Assembly: GCA_951406725.2 (NCBI GenBank)
Contig: OX597816.1
Location: forward strand, 57,846,001 to 57,910,000
Reading direction: 5' to 3'
DNA length: 64,000 nucleotides
DNA from: Octopus vulgaris
Taxonomy: Eukaryota
The position numbers and the translations under genes were made by a program. Shown piece after piece: positions 25,140 to 39,340 of this stretch. The notes beneath the pieces are model-generated. The model saw nothing but the letters and a program-made list of their open reading frames with translations, ran no database searches and was not told where the DNA came from. Each line of letters begins with the position of its first letter. The first letter of the stretch is position 1.

Positions 25140-26280
25140 TCACCATCATCATCATCGTTTAACATCCATCTTCTATGTTGGCATGGATTGGGCAGTTTGA
25201 CAGGAGATGGCGAGGCTGGAGGACTGCCCAGGACTCCCTATTTGTTTTAGTATAGTTTTTCCAGCTGGATGCCCTTTGTAAAGCCAACCACTTTACAGAG
25301 TGCTTTATACATGGCACCAGCATCCACAAGCCTATAAGATTAACATCACTCAGCTGAGGCGGGATGTGAGGGACATGCCCATGTGCTAGGACAACCACGA
25401 TTTTACTTAACTCGACATGTCTTCTCAAGCACAACAAACCACCAGGAGTCTCGGTCCATTGTCTTCTCCTCTGTGATGCCCAATGTCTGAAGATCATTTC
25501 TCATCACTTTGTCCCCCGTCTTCCTCTTTCACATGTTCTCTCCACAATTAGAGCTTAGCCCTCGTTATGCAACTGTCTTCATCCATACGCATTACATGAC
25601 CGTACCAGTGTAGTCTTCTCTCTTGTACCCTACATTTGATGTCTTGTGTACCCAGTTATCCTCTCAAATCCCTTACACTCTTTCGTATATGCACTCACTT
25701 TACCTATCCAGCAGAGCATACTGGCTTCATTTGTTTCAAGCCTTCACATATCTTCAGTAGTCACAGCCCATGTCTCACTGTCATGCAGCATAGCTGTTTG
25801 TACACAGGCATCATACAATCTGCCTTTCACTCTGAAGGGGAGGCCCTTAGTTACCAACAGGGGTAGCAGCTCTCCGAATTATGCCCAGCCTTATTCCAGC
25901 AGTGATGCTTTTTGAACAACCTCCACCACTGCTAACTTAGTTACCGAAGCAAAGGAAACTGTCTACTACTTCTAAAGAGCCCCACTAACATTTGAAGGAA
26001 TCTGTTTTTGTACATTCCTGGTGCTTAATGTATTTACACATCTGCCACATGTAAAGACTACTTTCTCTGTTAGTCTTCCAGTGACACCACTGTACCTCTT
26101 ATGTATCCATAGCTTGCACTGGGTACACCATACGGAGGGTCTACTGACACCGTTTCTGTACATTGAGTTGGGCTGCCTCCCTAAAGGGATTTGTGATTTG
26201 TCTCTCTTCCTACTTACTAGGACTTTGGTCTTTGCTAAATTAATTCTAAAGCTCTTTGATTCCCTTGTGGACAACCTGAT
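25140..26280 (-). mobile_element. RTE-clade LINE 3' portion with (GAT)n tail
   Basis: Minus strand INLAKTKVLVS and WCTQCKLWIHKRYSG motifs, then the RTE C-terminus and 3' UTR. Confidence 0.8.
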
Positions 26281-26439
26281 TAACTATATGGGTAACTAAG
26301 CCATATCTCACTCTGTCAGATATTTTAACATTCACCTTTCCATAGTTACATCAATTGGAGACTGTTTATCAAAGCATATCCCATTCCTGTTGCTAATTAT
26401 CACCTGTTTCCAAGCAAGGATACACGACAGAGTGTAAGC

Positions 26440-26978
26440 ACCCTGAGGGAAATGTTGGTCATAAGAAGCATCAAATTTGGTGTGCAAGAGAGACGATTGC
26501 ATTGGTATGGTCATGTGTTATGTATGGATGAGTATAGCTGTGTGAGCAAGTGCCACTCCTTAACTGTGGAAGGAATCTGTGGAAGTGGTAAACCCAGGAA
26601 GACATGGGATGGGGTGGTGAAGCATGACCATTGAACACCGGGCCTCACAGAGGCAATGACAGGAGACCAAGACCTTTGGAAATATGCAGTGATTGAGAAG
26701 ACCCAGAAACTAAAGTGAGATCGCAACCATGCATGTCCTGCCCAGTTAAGAGTACCCCTAATGTGTTGGGCAATATGATATGCTTGAGAAGACCTGTTGA
26801 GTCAAGTAAAACCAGTATTGTAGCTGTGGCCAGTGCCCCCTGACGTAAAAAGCACCATCCAAATGTGGCCGTTGCCAGTAGCCACTGACAGGCTCCCGGG
26901 TTGGTTGGCACATAAAAAGCACCCGCTACACTCTCAGAGTGGTTGGCATTAGGAAGGGCATCCAGCTGTAGAAACACA
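26440..26978 (+). mobile_element. RTE-clade LINE 3' fragment (ORF end plus 3' UTR)
   Basis: ERRLHWYGHVLCMD...GKPRKTW followed by the GGCATTAGGAAGGGCATCCAGC UTR motif. Confidence 0.85.
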
Positions 26979-27014
26979 CACAGCACGCCAACTTCAAAAG
27001 ATCTCCTTTTCCCC

Positions 27015-29796
27015 TGTGGGATGACGTCAGCAGCTGGGGAGCTGACCGGAACTTGGGGCTGACCAGAAGGGGCAGGAGTGATATGCACGCAGGCAGGGCA
27101 GGATTTGGCTTTTTGTGATTGAAGTAGCCGAGGGAGTGAGACGTGTGAGCATGTTGTTAAGGTAGGGGAGAAGTAGCTGCTATTTGTGGTGTTTGGGTCG
27201 GGCTGCGTTGAAGGATCCATTACTGCTGAAATGTCTCCGTCGAGTGAAGAGAAGGTAGGTGTCCTTATTTCGAATCTCTCGCATACACCACAAGCTATTT
27301 CAGCGCTCCATATAAGATGTCACCACGATGGTAGTGAAAATCAGGATTGCCAGTGAGTTTGAAGACGAGGTGGAGAGGTGGATCGATGAAGGGGTCCTTG
27401 TCCTTTGGGAGGAGAAGGTAGTGGGTGGAGTGCTACCCCTGATGGTGGTGGTGCAGCCTACGAAGGGGAAAGTCAGACCGGTGCTGGAATTCAGGGAGCT
27501 AAACCAGCATATATCCTGTCACACGGGAGGTGAGGTGACGGACGTTTGTGGCGAGACGTTACGTGCGTGGAGACGGTCGACTAAGGCAGCGATGATTGTT
27601 GACTTGAGATCGGCATACTTGCAGCTCCATGTGAGCGACAAACTGTGGTGATATCAGCTGGTGCGGTACAAAGGCCGGACGTACAGTTTAACCAGGCTGG
27701 GTTTTGGACTGAATTCCGCTCTGAAGATCATGGCGGCAGTGCTTAAGTCCATCCTAGGGTGCCAGCCAATGAGGTAGTTAGACATCTGGAGAAGTTTGGA
27801 CTGATTGTGAAGCCACTGGAGTCGATGGAAGGAGAAGCTGCGAAGAGATAGATCGGGTGAGTTGGTGTTCTGGAGAGGGAATGAAATCCCAGAGCTGAGT
27901 TCCAGCGTCAGTAGGAGAGAGCTGTTCTCGGTGTGTGGGAAGCTGGTCGGTCACTACCCGATCGCTGGATGGCTGCGTACACTGTGCAGTTATACCAAGA
28001 GACGAGCGGAGGGGGAGAGTTGGGGCGACAAGGTGGGAGAAGGGACGGTGGCGATGATGCAGGAAATCCTAGAGAGGACGAGAGCAGAAGACCCGGTCAG
28101 GGGGAACTGGTACGTGCCCAAGACGGAATGCGGGACCGTTTGGTGTGATGCTAGCAGTATAGCGATAGGGGTTGTGTTGGTGATCGAAGGTGCTGCGGTG
28201 GAGGACATGGCCTGGCTTCAGAAAGCAGATGACTTCAACCACATCAATGTCGCCGAATTAGACGCGGTGCTGAAAGGGGTGAACTTGGCCCTGAAATGGG
28301 GGCTGCACACAATTGAAATCCGGACGGATTCAGCCACTGTGCTTGGCTGGGTAGGATCGGTGATCACCGGTGAAAGGAGAGTTTGGATGAAAGGTGCCAC
28401 GGAGATGTTGGTGAAGCGCCGTCTAGGAGTTCTAGGAGAATTGATTGCCAAGTTCGGACTGAAGCTGAACGTGGTTTTCGTACCTTCGGAGAAAAACAGG
28501 GCGGACGCACTGACCATGGTGAAAAGGGCATGGTTGGAGGAACCGGAGGAGGTTTGGAAAGGGATAGCTGCGGCATGTCGGTTGGATGACTCTGAACTGA
28601 AGAGAATGCATGCTATGCATCACTTGGGTGCGGACAGGACCCTGTATCTGCCGAAGAAAATTGATGCTGACGTCACGAGGAGAAGCATCCGGAAAGTGGT
28701 CAGGAGCTGCGACAGGTGTCAGTCCATTGACCCTGCTCTATGTGAGCATGAGCAAGGAAACCTTTCGGTGGAGCACAAATGGAAAAGGCTAGCTGTGGAT
28801 GTGACGCACTACCGTCAGGGAATGTATCTCTCCATGGTCGACTGCGGGCCAGCTGGCCATTTGGAGGGAGTTGAGAACGGGCATTGCTGACGAGATTGCG
28901 CAGATTTTGAAAGGGATATTTTTAGAGAGAAGTCCCGTGGAAGAACTGCTAATGGACAACGGGGCGGCGTTTCGTTCGGAAGCATTGAGGGATATGCTCG
29001 ACCGGTGGAAGGTGCGTTGCTTGTTCAGAGCAGCGCATAGGCTGAGCGGTAATGTGATCGTAGAGAGGCACCATCAGACAGTCAAGGCCATAGCGGAAAG
29101 AGGGTACATTCCGCAGCTTGAAGCAGTTTTTTGGTACAACTTGTCTCCCCGATCCGGACAAGCTGAAGAATCTGTGCTGCAGAGAGCTGTATTTAAATAT
29201 GAATGGAGGCACCCGAGTAAAACGCCGGAGGGCCACAAGGAAGAGAAAATAGGGGAGGAAGTCTGGGTTAAGCCACCAAAGGCGCACTGTATGTCTCAAT
29301 GGAGCAGAGAAACAGTGATGGCGGTCAATTCAAGAAACAACGTCTCCGTGAATGGAATGCCGCAACACGTCTTGGACCTTTGCAGGATTGTCGCTTCGTC
29401 GGACGACGATTGTGGAGAGGGAGAGAACGAGGTGCCTAGCCTGAGAAGATCTCGATGCACCAGGTGCCCTCCCGATTGGATGGTGGACTACGACATGGAG
29501 TAGAGAGATTGTGATCTTTAAGATCAGGGTGGCGTGTGGGATGACGCCAGCAGCTGGGGAGCTGACCGGAAGGGGCAGGAGTGATGCACGCGCAGGCAGG
29601 GCAGGATTCGGCTTTTTTCGATTGAGGTAGCCGAGGGAGTGAGACGCGCGAGCACGTTGTTAAGGTAGGGGAGAAGCAGCTGCTATTGGTAGTGTTCGGG
29701 GTCGGGCTGCGGTGAAGGATCCATTACCGCTGAAAGATCTCCGTCGAGCGAAGAGAAGGTAGGTGTCCTTATTTCGAATCTCTCGCATACACCACA
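27015..29796 (+). mobile_element. Internally deleted Gypsy-type LTR retrotransposon
   Basis: TG...CA LTRs at 27015-27292 and 29535-29796; 4-bp TSD CCCC; purine-rich tract before the 3' LTR; RT-RH-IN order; no gag or protease. Confidence 0.93.
27328..29503 (+). pseudogene. pol remnant (RT, RNase H, integrase)
   Basis: KVRPVLEFRELN, DLRSAYLQL, WCDAS, HINVAELDAV, RTDS, NRADALT, HAMHHLG...CDRC, AVDVT, MDNG, IVERHH; stops, frameshifts and an RT deletion. Confidence 0.88.
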
Positions 29797-29939
29797 CCCC
29801 CACCCCACATATATAAAAAAATAAAAACATTTTTACGGAAAGCGACGACCTTTTTCAGAAACAAACAAATACACGTGCATTTTTTTTTTTGATAATAATG
29901 TTACTCATATCGTAATTTAGCCTGACAAACAATTGCCAC

Positions 29940-29971
<32 letters not shown>

Positions 29972-30092
29972 CGGAGATGTAATTGCATAGCAAGTGACCT
30001 GATCTGAGATCGTGTGCTGGAACGAAAACAATTGCGGCGTGGAAGGTGTTTATAAGCCATTTAAGAAACACACAAAAACATTTAAATTTAAT

Positions 30093-30141
30093 TTGTCAAA
30101 ATATTTTCGTCGCTTTGAGACCGCGACCTGTTCACTGACAA
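30093..30141 (-). ncRNA. Minimal type I hammerhead variant with G3-C8 core pair
   Basis: TTGTCA-GTGAACA-G-GTCGC(GGTCTCAAA)GCGAC-GAAA-ATAT-TT-TGACAA: 6-bp stem I, 5-bp stem II, palindromic stem III. Confidence 0.65.
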
Positions 30142-30745
30142 GAGTTTGCTGGCATGGCCGAGAGAGACCCAGCGCACAATCATCAATCATATAATATACA
30201 TAGAAACATACACGAACACATACCTAGAGAGAGAGAGAGGCAGACAGTGTCAGACAGACCACAACGAATTTTTTTATCTCGCACCCTCCCTCCCAGTTGT
30301 TTTGCTTCAGACTGGTAGTTGTCTTCAAAAGTGAAACTGACATCCAATATTTGCTGTAAGTATCTACTATATCTCTCTCTCTCTCTCTTACTCTCTTTCT
30401 TTTGAGCGCCATCACCACTCCACTGTCTCTTTCCCTCTCTCTTACTTCCTGTCCTCTTCGCTCTCTCTCGTTTTGCCTCTTCTTTAAAGTGTGACGCACA
30501 CCACAAGTATTTACAAAAACAAAAAGTTAACATATTTAATATTATTGATAATAACGATAATAATAGTTCTTTTACTAACCACTAAGTGTTTACAAAAAAA
30601 AAAAAAAGAAGAAAAATTGGTTAATCTCTAGTTTAGGACCGTCACAAAAAAAATAAAAATAATGCATGCTGCGAACGGGGAAACGTACGTACACATACAT
30701 ATATACAAATCCATATATACACACATATATATATACACATACATA

Positions 30746-31135
30746 TAGGCGCAGCAGTGGCTGTGTGGTAAGTAGCTTGCTTACCAACCACATGGTTTCG
30801 GGCTCAGTCCCACTGCGTGGCACCTTGGGCAAGTGTTTTTTTTTTATAGCCTCGGGCCGACCAAAGCCTTGTGAGTGGATTTGGTAGACGGAAACTGAAA
30901 GAAGCCCGTCGTATATATGTATATATATGTGTGTGTGTTTGTGTGTCCCCCCCCCCAACATCGCTTGACAACCGATGCTGGTGTGTTTACGTCCCCGTAA
31001 CTTAGCGGTTCGGCAAAAGAGACCGATAGAATAAGTACTAGGCTTACAAAGAATAAGTCCTGGGGTCGATTTGCTTGACTAAAGGTGGTGCTCCAGCATG
31101 GCCACAGTCAAATGCCTGAAACAAGTAAGAGAAAA
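30746..31135 (+). mobile_element. CORE-type composite SINE
   Basis: Full-length match to 4135-4578. Confidence 0.85.
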
Positions 31136-31146
31136 AAGAGAGAAAT

Positions 31147-31181
<35 letters not shown>

Positions 31182-31497
31182 CATATATTCATATATATAC
31201 ATATATACACACATACATATATATACACATATATATACATATATATACACACATATATATTAGAAGGTTTGGAGATGATGTACAGGTATTAGATTTTAGA
31301 AGAAATGAGGTACTCAGAAATCTGGATGGTTTTATGTTTACAGATATTCAATGGTATGTTACATGTTTTTATACACATATATATACATGTACACACACAT
31401 TATATATATATATATCGTTATTAATGGTATTAATAAGGTGGTTAGCAAATTCACACCGTTACAGGCACAATATAAGATAAATTTAGATTTAGTAGGG

Positions 31498-31690
31498 CAG
31501 TGGTGGCCTGGCCAGGTTGCCCGATGGCAAGTGGGTCCCTGTGCCATTAGAATCCATATATAGGGGCCTGTGTTAGTATCTAACACCGAAACCGAATTTG
31601 AGAATTTTTAATTCACTCCTGGAAGAATGCATTAATTCAGCCTGGCTGTGTTTGTAGACAGTTGAAAAGAATACTTGTAACAAAAAAGAA
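31498..31690 (+). mobile_element. hAT-like MITE end fragment (second copy inverted at ~61950-62124)
   Basis: CAGTGGTGGCCTGGCCA terminus and ~190 bp shared with the reverse complement of 61950-62124. Confidence 0.6.
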
Positions 31691-31896
31691 AAAAAAGAAA
31701 AGAAAAAAGCATCATAAGTTCGACGCTCTAACCACTGAGCCATGCGCCTTCACTCCACATTATACATATATATATATATGTAATATAGTATGTGACAATT
31801 ATTCGGTTGCCATAATAAAACCCCGAATAATTGTCACATATAGATAAATTCCTCTATTTACATAATATCGAGGTCTCATTCATTCTTTTGTTGTCA

Positions 31897-31953
<57 letters not shown>

Positions 31954-32072
31954 TAAAAGCAATTCCAACCTTGTCTGATTTTCACGTTTTATTTACAATC
32001 TTATAATGATATAAGATAATATGATATAATAAAATAAAATAAAATAATAGAATGTTAAATGTTCATTCTGAT

Positions 32073-32117
32073 TGAACTAGTACTTTCATGCATTAGATTA
32101 TGCAATCTTCAGGTTCA
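32073..32117 (-). ncRNA. Minimal type I hammerhead ribozyme
   Basis: TGAAC-CTGAAGA-T-TGCAT(AATCTA)ATGCA-T-GAAA-GTAC-TA-GTTCA. Confidence 0.82.
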
Positions 32118-33588
32118 TGTAGTAGTCCCGGGGTCGATTTTCTCGACTAAAGGCGGTGCTCCAGCATGGCCGCAGTCAAATGACTGAAACAAGTAAAAGA
32201 GTATATCTATAAACGAGAAGAAAATGGATGTAAATAATGAGAAACTTGTTTTGTCTGGTACGTCTTTCATTAATTAACAAACAAGGTAGCAAACGCTTCC
32301 TTCTTCGTTAATTAAATTAAAGACATACCAGCGAAAACGACCAGTTTCTCCTTGTTATTTACATCCATTTTCTTCTTGTGTATAACCTAAACTACGGTCC
32401 TACCTACCGAACTACCTGCTACCGTACAACTTTACAAAGGACTGTACCTACCCAGTTAATAACCAGGAGCGCCTTTGGATTTAATTATCCTTTAGAGGTT
32501 TTAAACTCCTCTAACTGATACCTACACAATATATGCGCCAACGAAGGGGGTGGGGAGAGGCCTCGGAAAATTAATTCACATTCACAGAGGAGTGTGTAAA
32601 AAAAATGAGTAACCAAGAAATATTAAATAAATCACGAAAAAAGGGGCACCTCCGAAGGATTCTAGTGGAAACCCCACAAAACCACGATCATCCTGATCTC
32701 TAAAGACCAAGAGCTTTATGTTCAGGGAAAATCCCTTCACTTGAATCATATTTAACACACATCCACATTTCGATAAATTTGCAGCACTTCCCTCTTTGCT
32801 TTAGAAAAGTTGACAACGGCATGGCCAAAGATAGGAGTGTCTATCTTCGGCCCTTTCAATCTGGTCCACCACAGAAAAATAGCCAGTACCTCCTATCCTC
32901 CTCAGACAAAGGAAGGTGGTGAAAGACGGGCGATTATTTATGTCGGAGAAATCATACACAATCCTGTGGTCCATACAGCAAAAGCAGAGTAAAGAGAAAA
33001 TTGGTCACAATTTCTTTCTAATAATTAAGATATAAGCATTCAGTTTTAAGTGCCAAGAAATCCCCTTTCCCCGATATAATATTTTACTTTAAAAATCTCA
33101 ATAAAACAATAAAAAACGAGACCCAACGAAGAAAGACGAAGAGCATCTTACATGGTCATCTGGTTAAAATTTTGAAAAATGTTTTGGTTGCATATTCCTA
33201 ATTTCCGACATGTAAAAACCTAGGAATCCGAATAAACTTTATCAGAAAAATGCATTTTCCAAGGTGAGGTGCGATTAAAGAGCTCAGCTTTGAATACTTT
33301 TTGATTATCAGTGTGTTTGATGAAGTCCGCCGCCGCAACTTAAATAACAACAAACACCTCTACCTGGTCGCACGATGGGCTAGAAATAGCAACCAATAAG
33401 TGCGCCTTCAAATTACAGCCAATCAACTTTTAAAACGTGACAGTTCGTCGCAATGTATTGGTAGAAAATCTTCACGAGTGGATTGCTTTCTGATTCCATG
33501 TGACAAGAATAACAACAACAACATATTCGCCACTTCTAGAACATTCCATTAAACTTAGCGAAGAAAACTCCTTTTAATATCAATGTTT

Positions 33589-33618
<30 letters not shown>

Positions 33619-33619
<1 letters not shown>

Positions 33620-33769
33620 TGGTAAAAACGGTAAGATAACAAAAGAAAGAAAGAGACCTCAATATTATCTAAATAGAGGAAATTTATCTGTAAAATAATA
33701 TGTGACAATTATTCAATAGCCAAGTTTTATCTTGGCTATTAAATAATTGTCACATATTACTTTACAGAT

Positions 33770-33772
<3 letters not shown>
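33619..33772 (+). mobile_element. TA-associated foldback repeat (related copies at 31782-31900 and 36635-36750)
   Basis: Shared GAGACCTCAATATTAT.TAAATAGAGGAAATTTATCT block; long hairpin ATATGTGACAATTATT...AATAATTGTCACATAT. Confidence 0.65.
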
Positions 33773-34326
<554 letters not shown>

Positions 34327-34485
34327 CAAATAAACGTAGAACACAACGAGAAACGAAAACATAAAAACAAAGAGAAGCGGACTTTTTTTTAACAACGAAA
34401 AAAACAGAGTACAAGACAAACAATACAAGGAATATTCCCCTTCATCAGCTGCCCCTGGTTCGACTCAATGCCCTCCAAGTAAGTT

Positions 34486-34530
<45 letters not shown>

Positions 34531-35143
34531 TATATACATCTACACACACATACATATTAGAGGTGCAATGGCCCAGTGATTAGGGCAGCGGACTCGCGGT
34601 CATAGGATCGCGGCTTCGATTCCCAGACCGGGCGTTGTGAGTGTTTATTGAGCGAAAACACTTGTAGCTCCACAAGGCTCCGGCAGGGCATGGCGGCGAA
34701 CCCTGCTGTACTCAAACAAAGGCGGTGCTCCAGCATGGCCGCAGCCAAATGACTGAAACAAGTAAAAGAAACACACACTCACGTATATATTTATATTAAA
34801 TACATATATACATACACACGCAACGAAAATTTTAGAAATAAGTGGAAATTTTACCGGTGAGTGTGTTAAATCATTAAGGCACAAAAAGAAAATGACTCTC
34901 CCCAGACACATATGTATAATGAAACGATCGTCTTTAGAAATTTAATTATTTTATAAATAATAAAATATTTGGGAGCATTAATAGTCTGAAATAAAATAGT
35001 CATCTCAATAAAATATTTATTTACACACTAAACTCGTTACATCTTTCTCTCTCTCTCTTTATTTGTGACATGACATTTATCATCGGAAGTGTTCATTAAT
35101 ACATCATTCATCGATTATATTTCGTTCTTAAAATTATCCCCAA

Positions 35144-35306
35144 TAGGCGCAAGAGTAGCTTGCTTACCAACCACATGGTTCCTGGTTCAGTCCCACTGCG
35201 TGGCATCTTGGTCAAGTGTCTTCTACTATAGCCTCAGGCTAACCAAAGCCTTGTGCGTGGATTTGGTAGACGGAAACTGAAAGAAGTCTGTCGTGTGTGT
35301 GTGTGT

Positions 35307-35358
<52 letters not shown>

Positions 35359-35584
35359 GTGTGTGTGTGTATGTTTGTGTGTCTGTGTTTGTCCCCCCCC
35401 CCAACATCGCTTGACAACTGATGCTGGTGTGTTTATGTCCCCCCGTAACTTAGCGATTCGGCAAAAGCGACCGATAGAATAAGTAGTAGGCTTACAAAGA
35501 ATAAGTCCTGGGGTCGATTTGCTCGACTAAAGGCGATGCTCCAGCATGGCCACAGTCAAATGACTGAAACAAGCAAAAGAGTAA
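35144..35584 (+). mobile_element. CORE-type composite SINE
   Basis: Full-length match to 4135-4578. Confidence 0.85.
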
Positions 35585-35977
35585 CGTGATAACATAATCA
35601 TAAAAGACACAAATCAATGTAATTAGCAGCAAGTGAAGGAGAAACGATGAGTTTTAATAAACTAATTAAAAGATTAGAAGTGTTAGTCACATCTAATAAA
35701 TAAACAAAAAAAACAAAACAAATGGCACTTACATTTCTATTTTATCACAAAGTTCAAGAGAGAAAATTGAGAATAAACATAAAAAGGAAACGTCGACGAG
35801 TGTCAAACATCCATGTTGTGTTTTTAATAGAGTGACGGGAGGAGGGAGAGAGGGAGCAAAAAGGGAGAGAGAGAGAGAATGATAGGTAACAAAAGCCTCC
35901 CCCTCTCTTATAAACACTTGTATTCCTCTCCCTCTTTGTTTTTAAATAGAAAGATGAGATCTTTCCAGAGAAGAGGT

Positions 35978-36012
<35 letters not shown>

Positions 36013-36350
36013 AAATAAATCTCTCTCTATATATATATAAAGCTGAAGTTGTCTGTGTATGCCAGGTTAGGTAGCCTTCATCTAACACTATCTCCTCCGA
36101 GACCCTTACGAATAAACGTAGAGTTAATTAAAATCTAATAATTATATAAAAAACTACAATAACTAAATCATTACATAACAATCAGTATTTATATAAAATA
36201 CAAAATTATACAATAAGACTTATTAAAATATTTAAATTTTAAAATTTAAAAATCTTAAATATAAATATATACTTAGCTTTGCAAGGTTTTGTGATAAATA
36301 ACAAAATCACAAAACCATTTCGCAAACATGATTGGATTGTATTTAAATGT

Positions 36351-36523
36351 TTATGTTTCAACTAGTAGGTCCTTCGCGGGACATAAATGTACATTAATCT
36401 CTTTGGCGGCCGGTGGAGAGAACATGTTGAGGTATTCGTCCAACAGCGGACTAAACACATACAAAGACGATGATGTTACCTTACAGAAGGCGATAACGCT
36501 TTCGTTTATCATCAAGAGTCTCT
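36351..36523 (-). CDS. Terminal coding exon (E5) of an uncharacterised spliced gene
   Basis: Acceptor TTGTTCTTTATTCTCTGTAG; phase-1 join with E4 gives GAG (Glu); RLLMINESVIAFCK...KDLLVET*. Confidence 0.75.
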
Positions 36524-36776
36524 CTACAGAGAATAAAGAACAAAACAAAACTAATAACACAGAAAAGAGAGAGATGGATGTGATGAGCGTGCACACACAT
36601 CGAAGTTTAATTTATATATATATATATATATATTGATAAAACGGTAAGATAACAAAAGAAAGAAAGAGACCTCAATATTATGTAAATAGAGGAAATTTAT
36701 CTATACAATAATATGTTACTTTACTCGGTAGTCAAGATAAAACTGTGAGTTATATATATATATACACACACACACA

Positions 36777-36982
36777 CAGGGTGTTCAAAAAGTCTCTCCG
36801 CAGTGAGTTTCAAACCCTCCAAGATGTATGTATTGAAAATGAAGGACGACACTTTTAACACCTCTTATAAAGTTTTTTAAAGTCTTGAAAAGTCTAATAT
36901 ATTCTCTTGTAGTCTGATACCATCTTATAAATATTTATTTTTGCTATAAAATACTTACTGCGGAGAGACTTTTTGAACACCG
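36777..36982. mobile_element. Tc1/mariner-type MITE
   Basis: ~25-bp TIR GGTGTTCAAAAAGTCTCTCCGCAGT, followed by TA on the right. Confidence 0.8.
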
Positions 36983-38615
36983 TATGTGTGTGTGTGTGTG
37001 TATTTTAATGGAGGAGGCCCGATCGGTTTGGAATTCCAAAGCGCTCGGTCTCCCCAATTAAAATGTACAAACACACACACATCTCACATATACACGCATT
37101 TGCATACAAATATATATATATATATATATGTACATTCAAATAAATACGAACGTAAACATACACGCGCATATGTATGAAAGTACATACCCACACATACATA
37201 TCTACATATACAAAACAAAACACACACACAAACACATACATATTCACACTAACATAAATATACACATATATAAGCACACACACACACACACACAAACATA
37301 AACTTATTAAGAAACAAATATATTACTCTACACAATTTTTTCTACTCTGTATTTCCTCGCATTGGCTCTTTATGCTCATTCCGGAAATAAACCAAGCATT
37401 CTATAACATACATACAAAACTATACACATAGACACAAACTTTTTATGTGTGTATAAAACAAATTTCTTACATTGTTATGTATGTTTATACTTTCATATTC
37501 ACGTGTTGTATAATGACAAACCAAAATTAGTGGACCTGTACGAGCCCCCCACCCCCCACAAAAAGCGAGCTTTCGGAATTTCTTTTCTCCACGGATTCGA
37601 AAAGACTTAAAGACTTCATTCCGCACCCCACCCCCATTTTCTCCAAATCCCCCCGCCCCCCTCCAAACACCTGTTTTCGGATACAGGGATTTCGGAAAAT
37701 TGCCGAAAATCGGCATTTTTAAATTTCTTCATTTTTTTACTTTTTTTCCGTAACCCGACCCTAAAACCCTAACAGTAACTACAAAAATTTTGGAAACGTT
37801 TTTCAGAATCATAATCTCCGTGTTTTCCCACATATTTTGAGAAAAAAAAACCCACAAAAAAACAAAAAAAAAAATCCCGAAGAAAGTTAAAAATGAAGAA
37901 ATAAGGGGGGAGTGTAGTGGGTGCAGTTTACGTGCAACTGGCACAGATGCCAGAGGGGCCTGGCAATAACCCCGATCAGTTGGTGCTTTTTACATGCCAC
38001 TGGCACGGAAGCCAGTCAAGGCGGCACTGGCATCACCCACGTTCAGATGGTGCTTTTCACGTGCCAGTGGCACAGGGATCACGACTACAATTTCCATTTG
38101 ATTTTGGTTTTGATGTTTATTATTATTATTATTATTTACATTTTAATTTTCATATTCTTTACCTCATGACATCGGTTGGCATAAATTTACATGCGCTTGG
38201 CGTTAGGAAGGGCATCCAGCTGTAGAAACATTGCCAGATAAGACTGGAGCCTGGTGCAGCCTTCTGGCTTCCCAGATCCCCGGTCGAACCGTCCAATCCA
38301 TGCTAGCATGGAGATCGGACGTTAAACGATGATGATGTGTACTTGCTTTGAATCAGAATATGAAAATATACGCAGCCCTGTCTGCTGTGGTTTTGTACCT
38401 GCCTGTGTCCTGGTTGATATAAATATCCGCTATCACTCATGGAATCGATAATAGAGGCCACCATGCAAATTTCAAGGAATCTGAAAGGTTTGTTAGACTC
38501 TTTATGTAAATATTTCCAACTCAGTTCGAGACTTTGTCACCATAATTGTATAAAAGCAGCAGTTTTGGCGGATACAGCACCATTTCCACTATGACTTCCT
38601 ATCAAATTCATACTT

Positions 38616-39025
38616 AGAAAATTACTATTTTTAAATCTCACAATGTGAGATATTCAGCAACAGTATTTTGGAGTAAAGATTGTTTGCCAACATAACATGG
38701 CAGTCTTGGTTTGGGATGAATGTTGCTGTAATTTAGCCCCAGGAGACATCGTCTCCAGCTGGCTTATACAACACGATCTGTGTCCTTATATTTTTGAAAA
38801 TATCTGGTGCTACATATAAATGAAGAGAAATAACCCAGAAATTGTGATACACAGATATTGTTTTGAGCTGAGTGGGGGTGCTAGATTCCCTTGTTTGAAA
38901 ATATAAGGACATAGATCGTGCCGTATAGCCAGCTGGAGACGATGTCTCCTGGGGCTAAATTACAGCAACATTCATCCTAAACCAGGACTGCCATGTCATG
39001 TTGGCAAACAACCTTTACTATAAAA
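38616..39025. mobile_element. Palindromic MITE (second copy at 45494-45777)
   Basis: ~120-bp inverted arms (TTTGCCAACAT...CCCCAGGAGACATCGTCTCCAGCTGGC); AGAAAATTACTA terminus. Confidence 0.8.
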
Positions 39026-39174
39026 TTTGTACTTGTTTAGCAAATTCTTCTGGCCCTTCACAATTTACAGTAGCATCCAGCCATGCCAGTTTTGTTGAAT
39101 TTACGGTCCTCGCAGTGATAACAGTTTACATAAATAAACAGTGCATGCTTTAAAGCGGTTGACGTAAATATATA

Positions 39175-39340
39175 TTTCTTTATTGCCCACAAGGGGCTAA
39201 AACATAGAGGGGACAAAGACAGACAAAGGGATTAAGTCAATTACATCGACCCCAGTGCGTAACTGGTACTTAATTTATTGACCCCCGAATGGATGAAAGG
39301 CAAAGTCGACCTTGGCGGAATTTGAACTCAGAACGTAACG
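39175..39340 (-). mobile_element. Nin-domain SINE 3' part
   Basis: Reverse-complement match to 4940-5101. Confidence 0.8.

Noticed and set aside
32600-33200. Possible decayed Tx1 C-terminus on the minus strand
   Set aside because: Only faint residue-level resemblance; too degenerate to support.
34560-34640. tRNA-like sequences (also at 4877, 14310, 16860)
   Set aside because: SINE heads continuous with SINE bodies; no complete cloverleaf.
36020-36380. Helitron spanning a TC start at ~36020 and the CTAG near 36362
   Set aside because: The start resembles a Helitron 5' end, but the CTAG lies inside coding exon E5 and has no preceding hairpin.
37750-37780. CCCTAA-like telomeric motifs
   Set aside because: Only two imperfect units inside an unclassified repeat; not a telomeric array.
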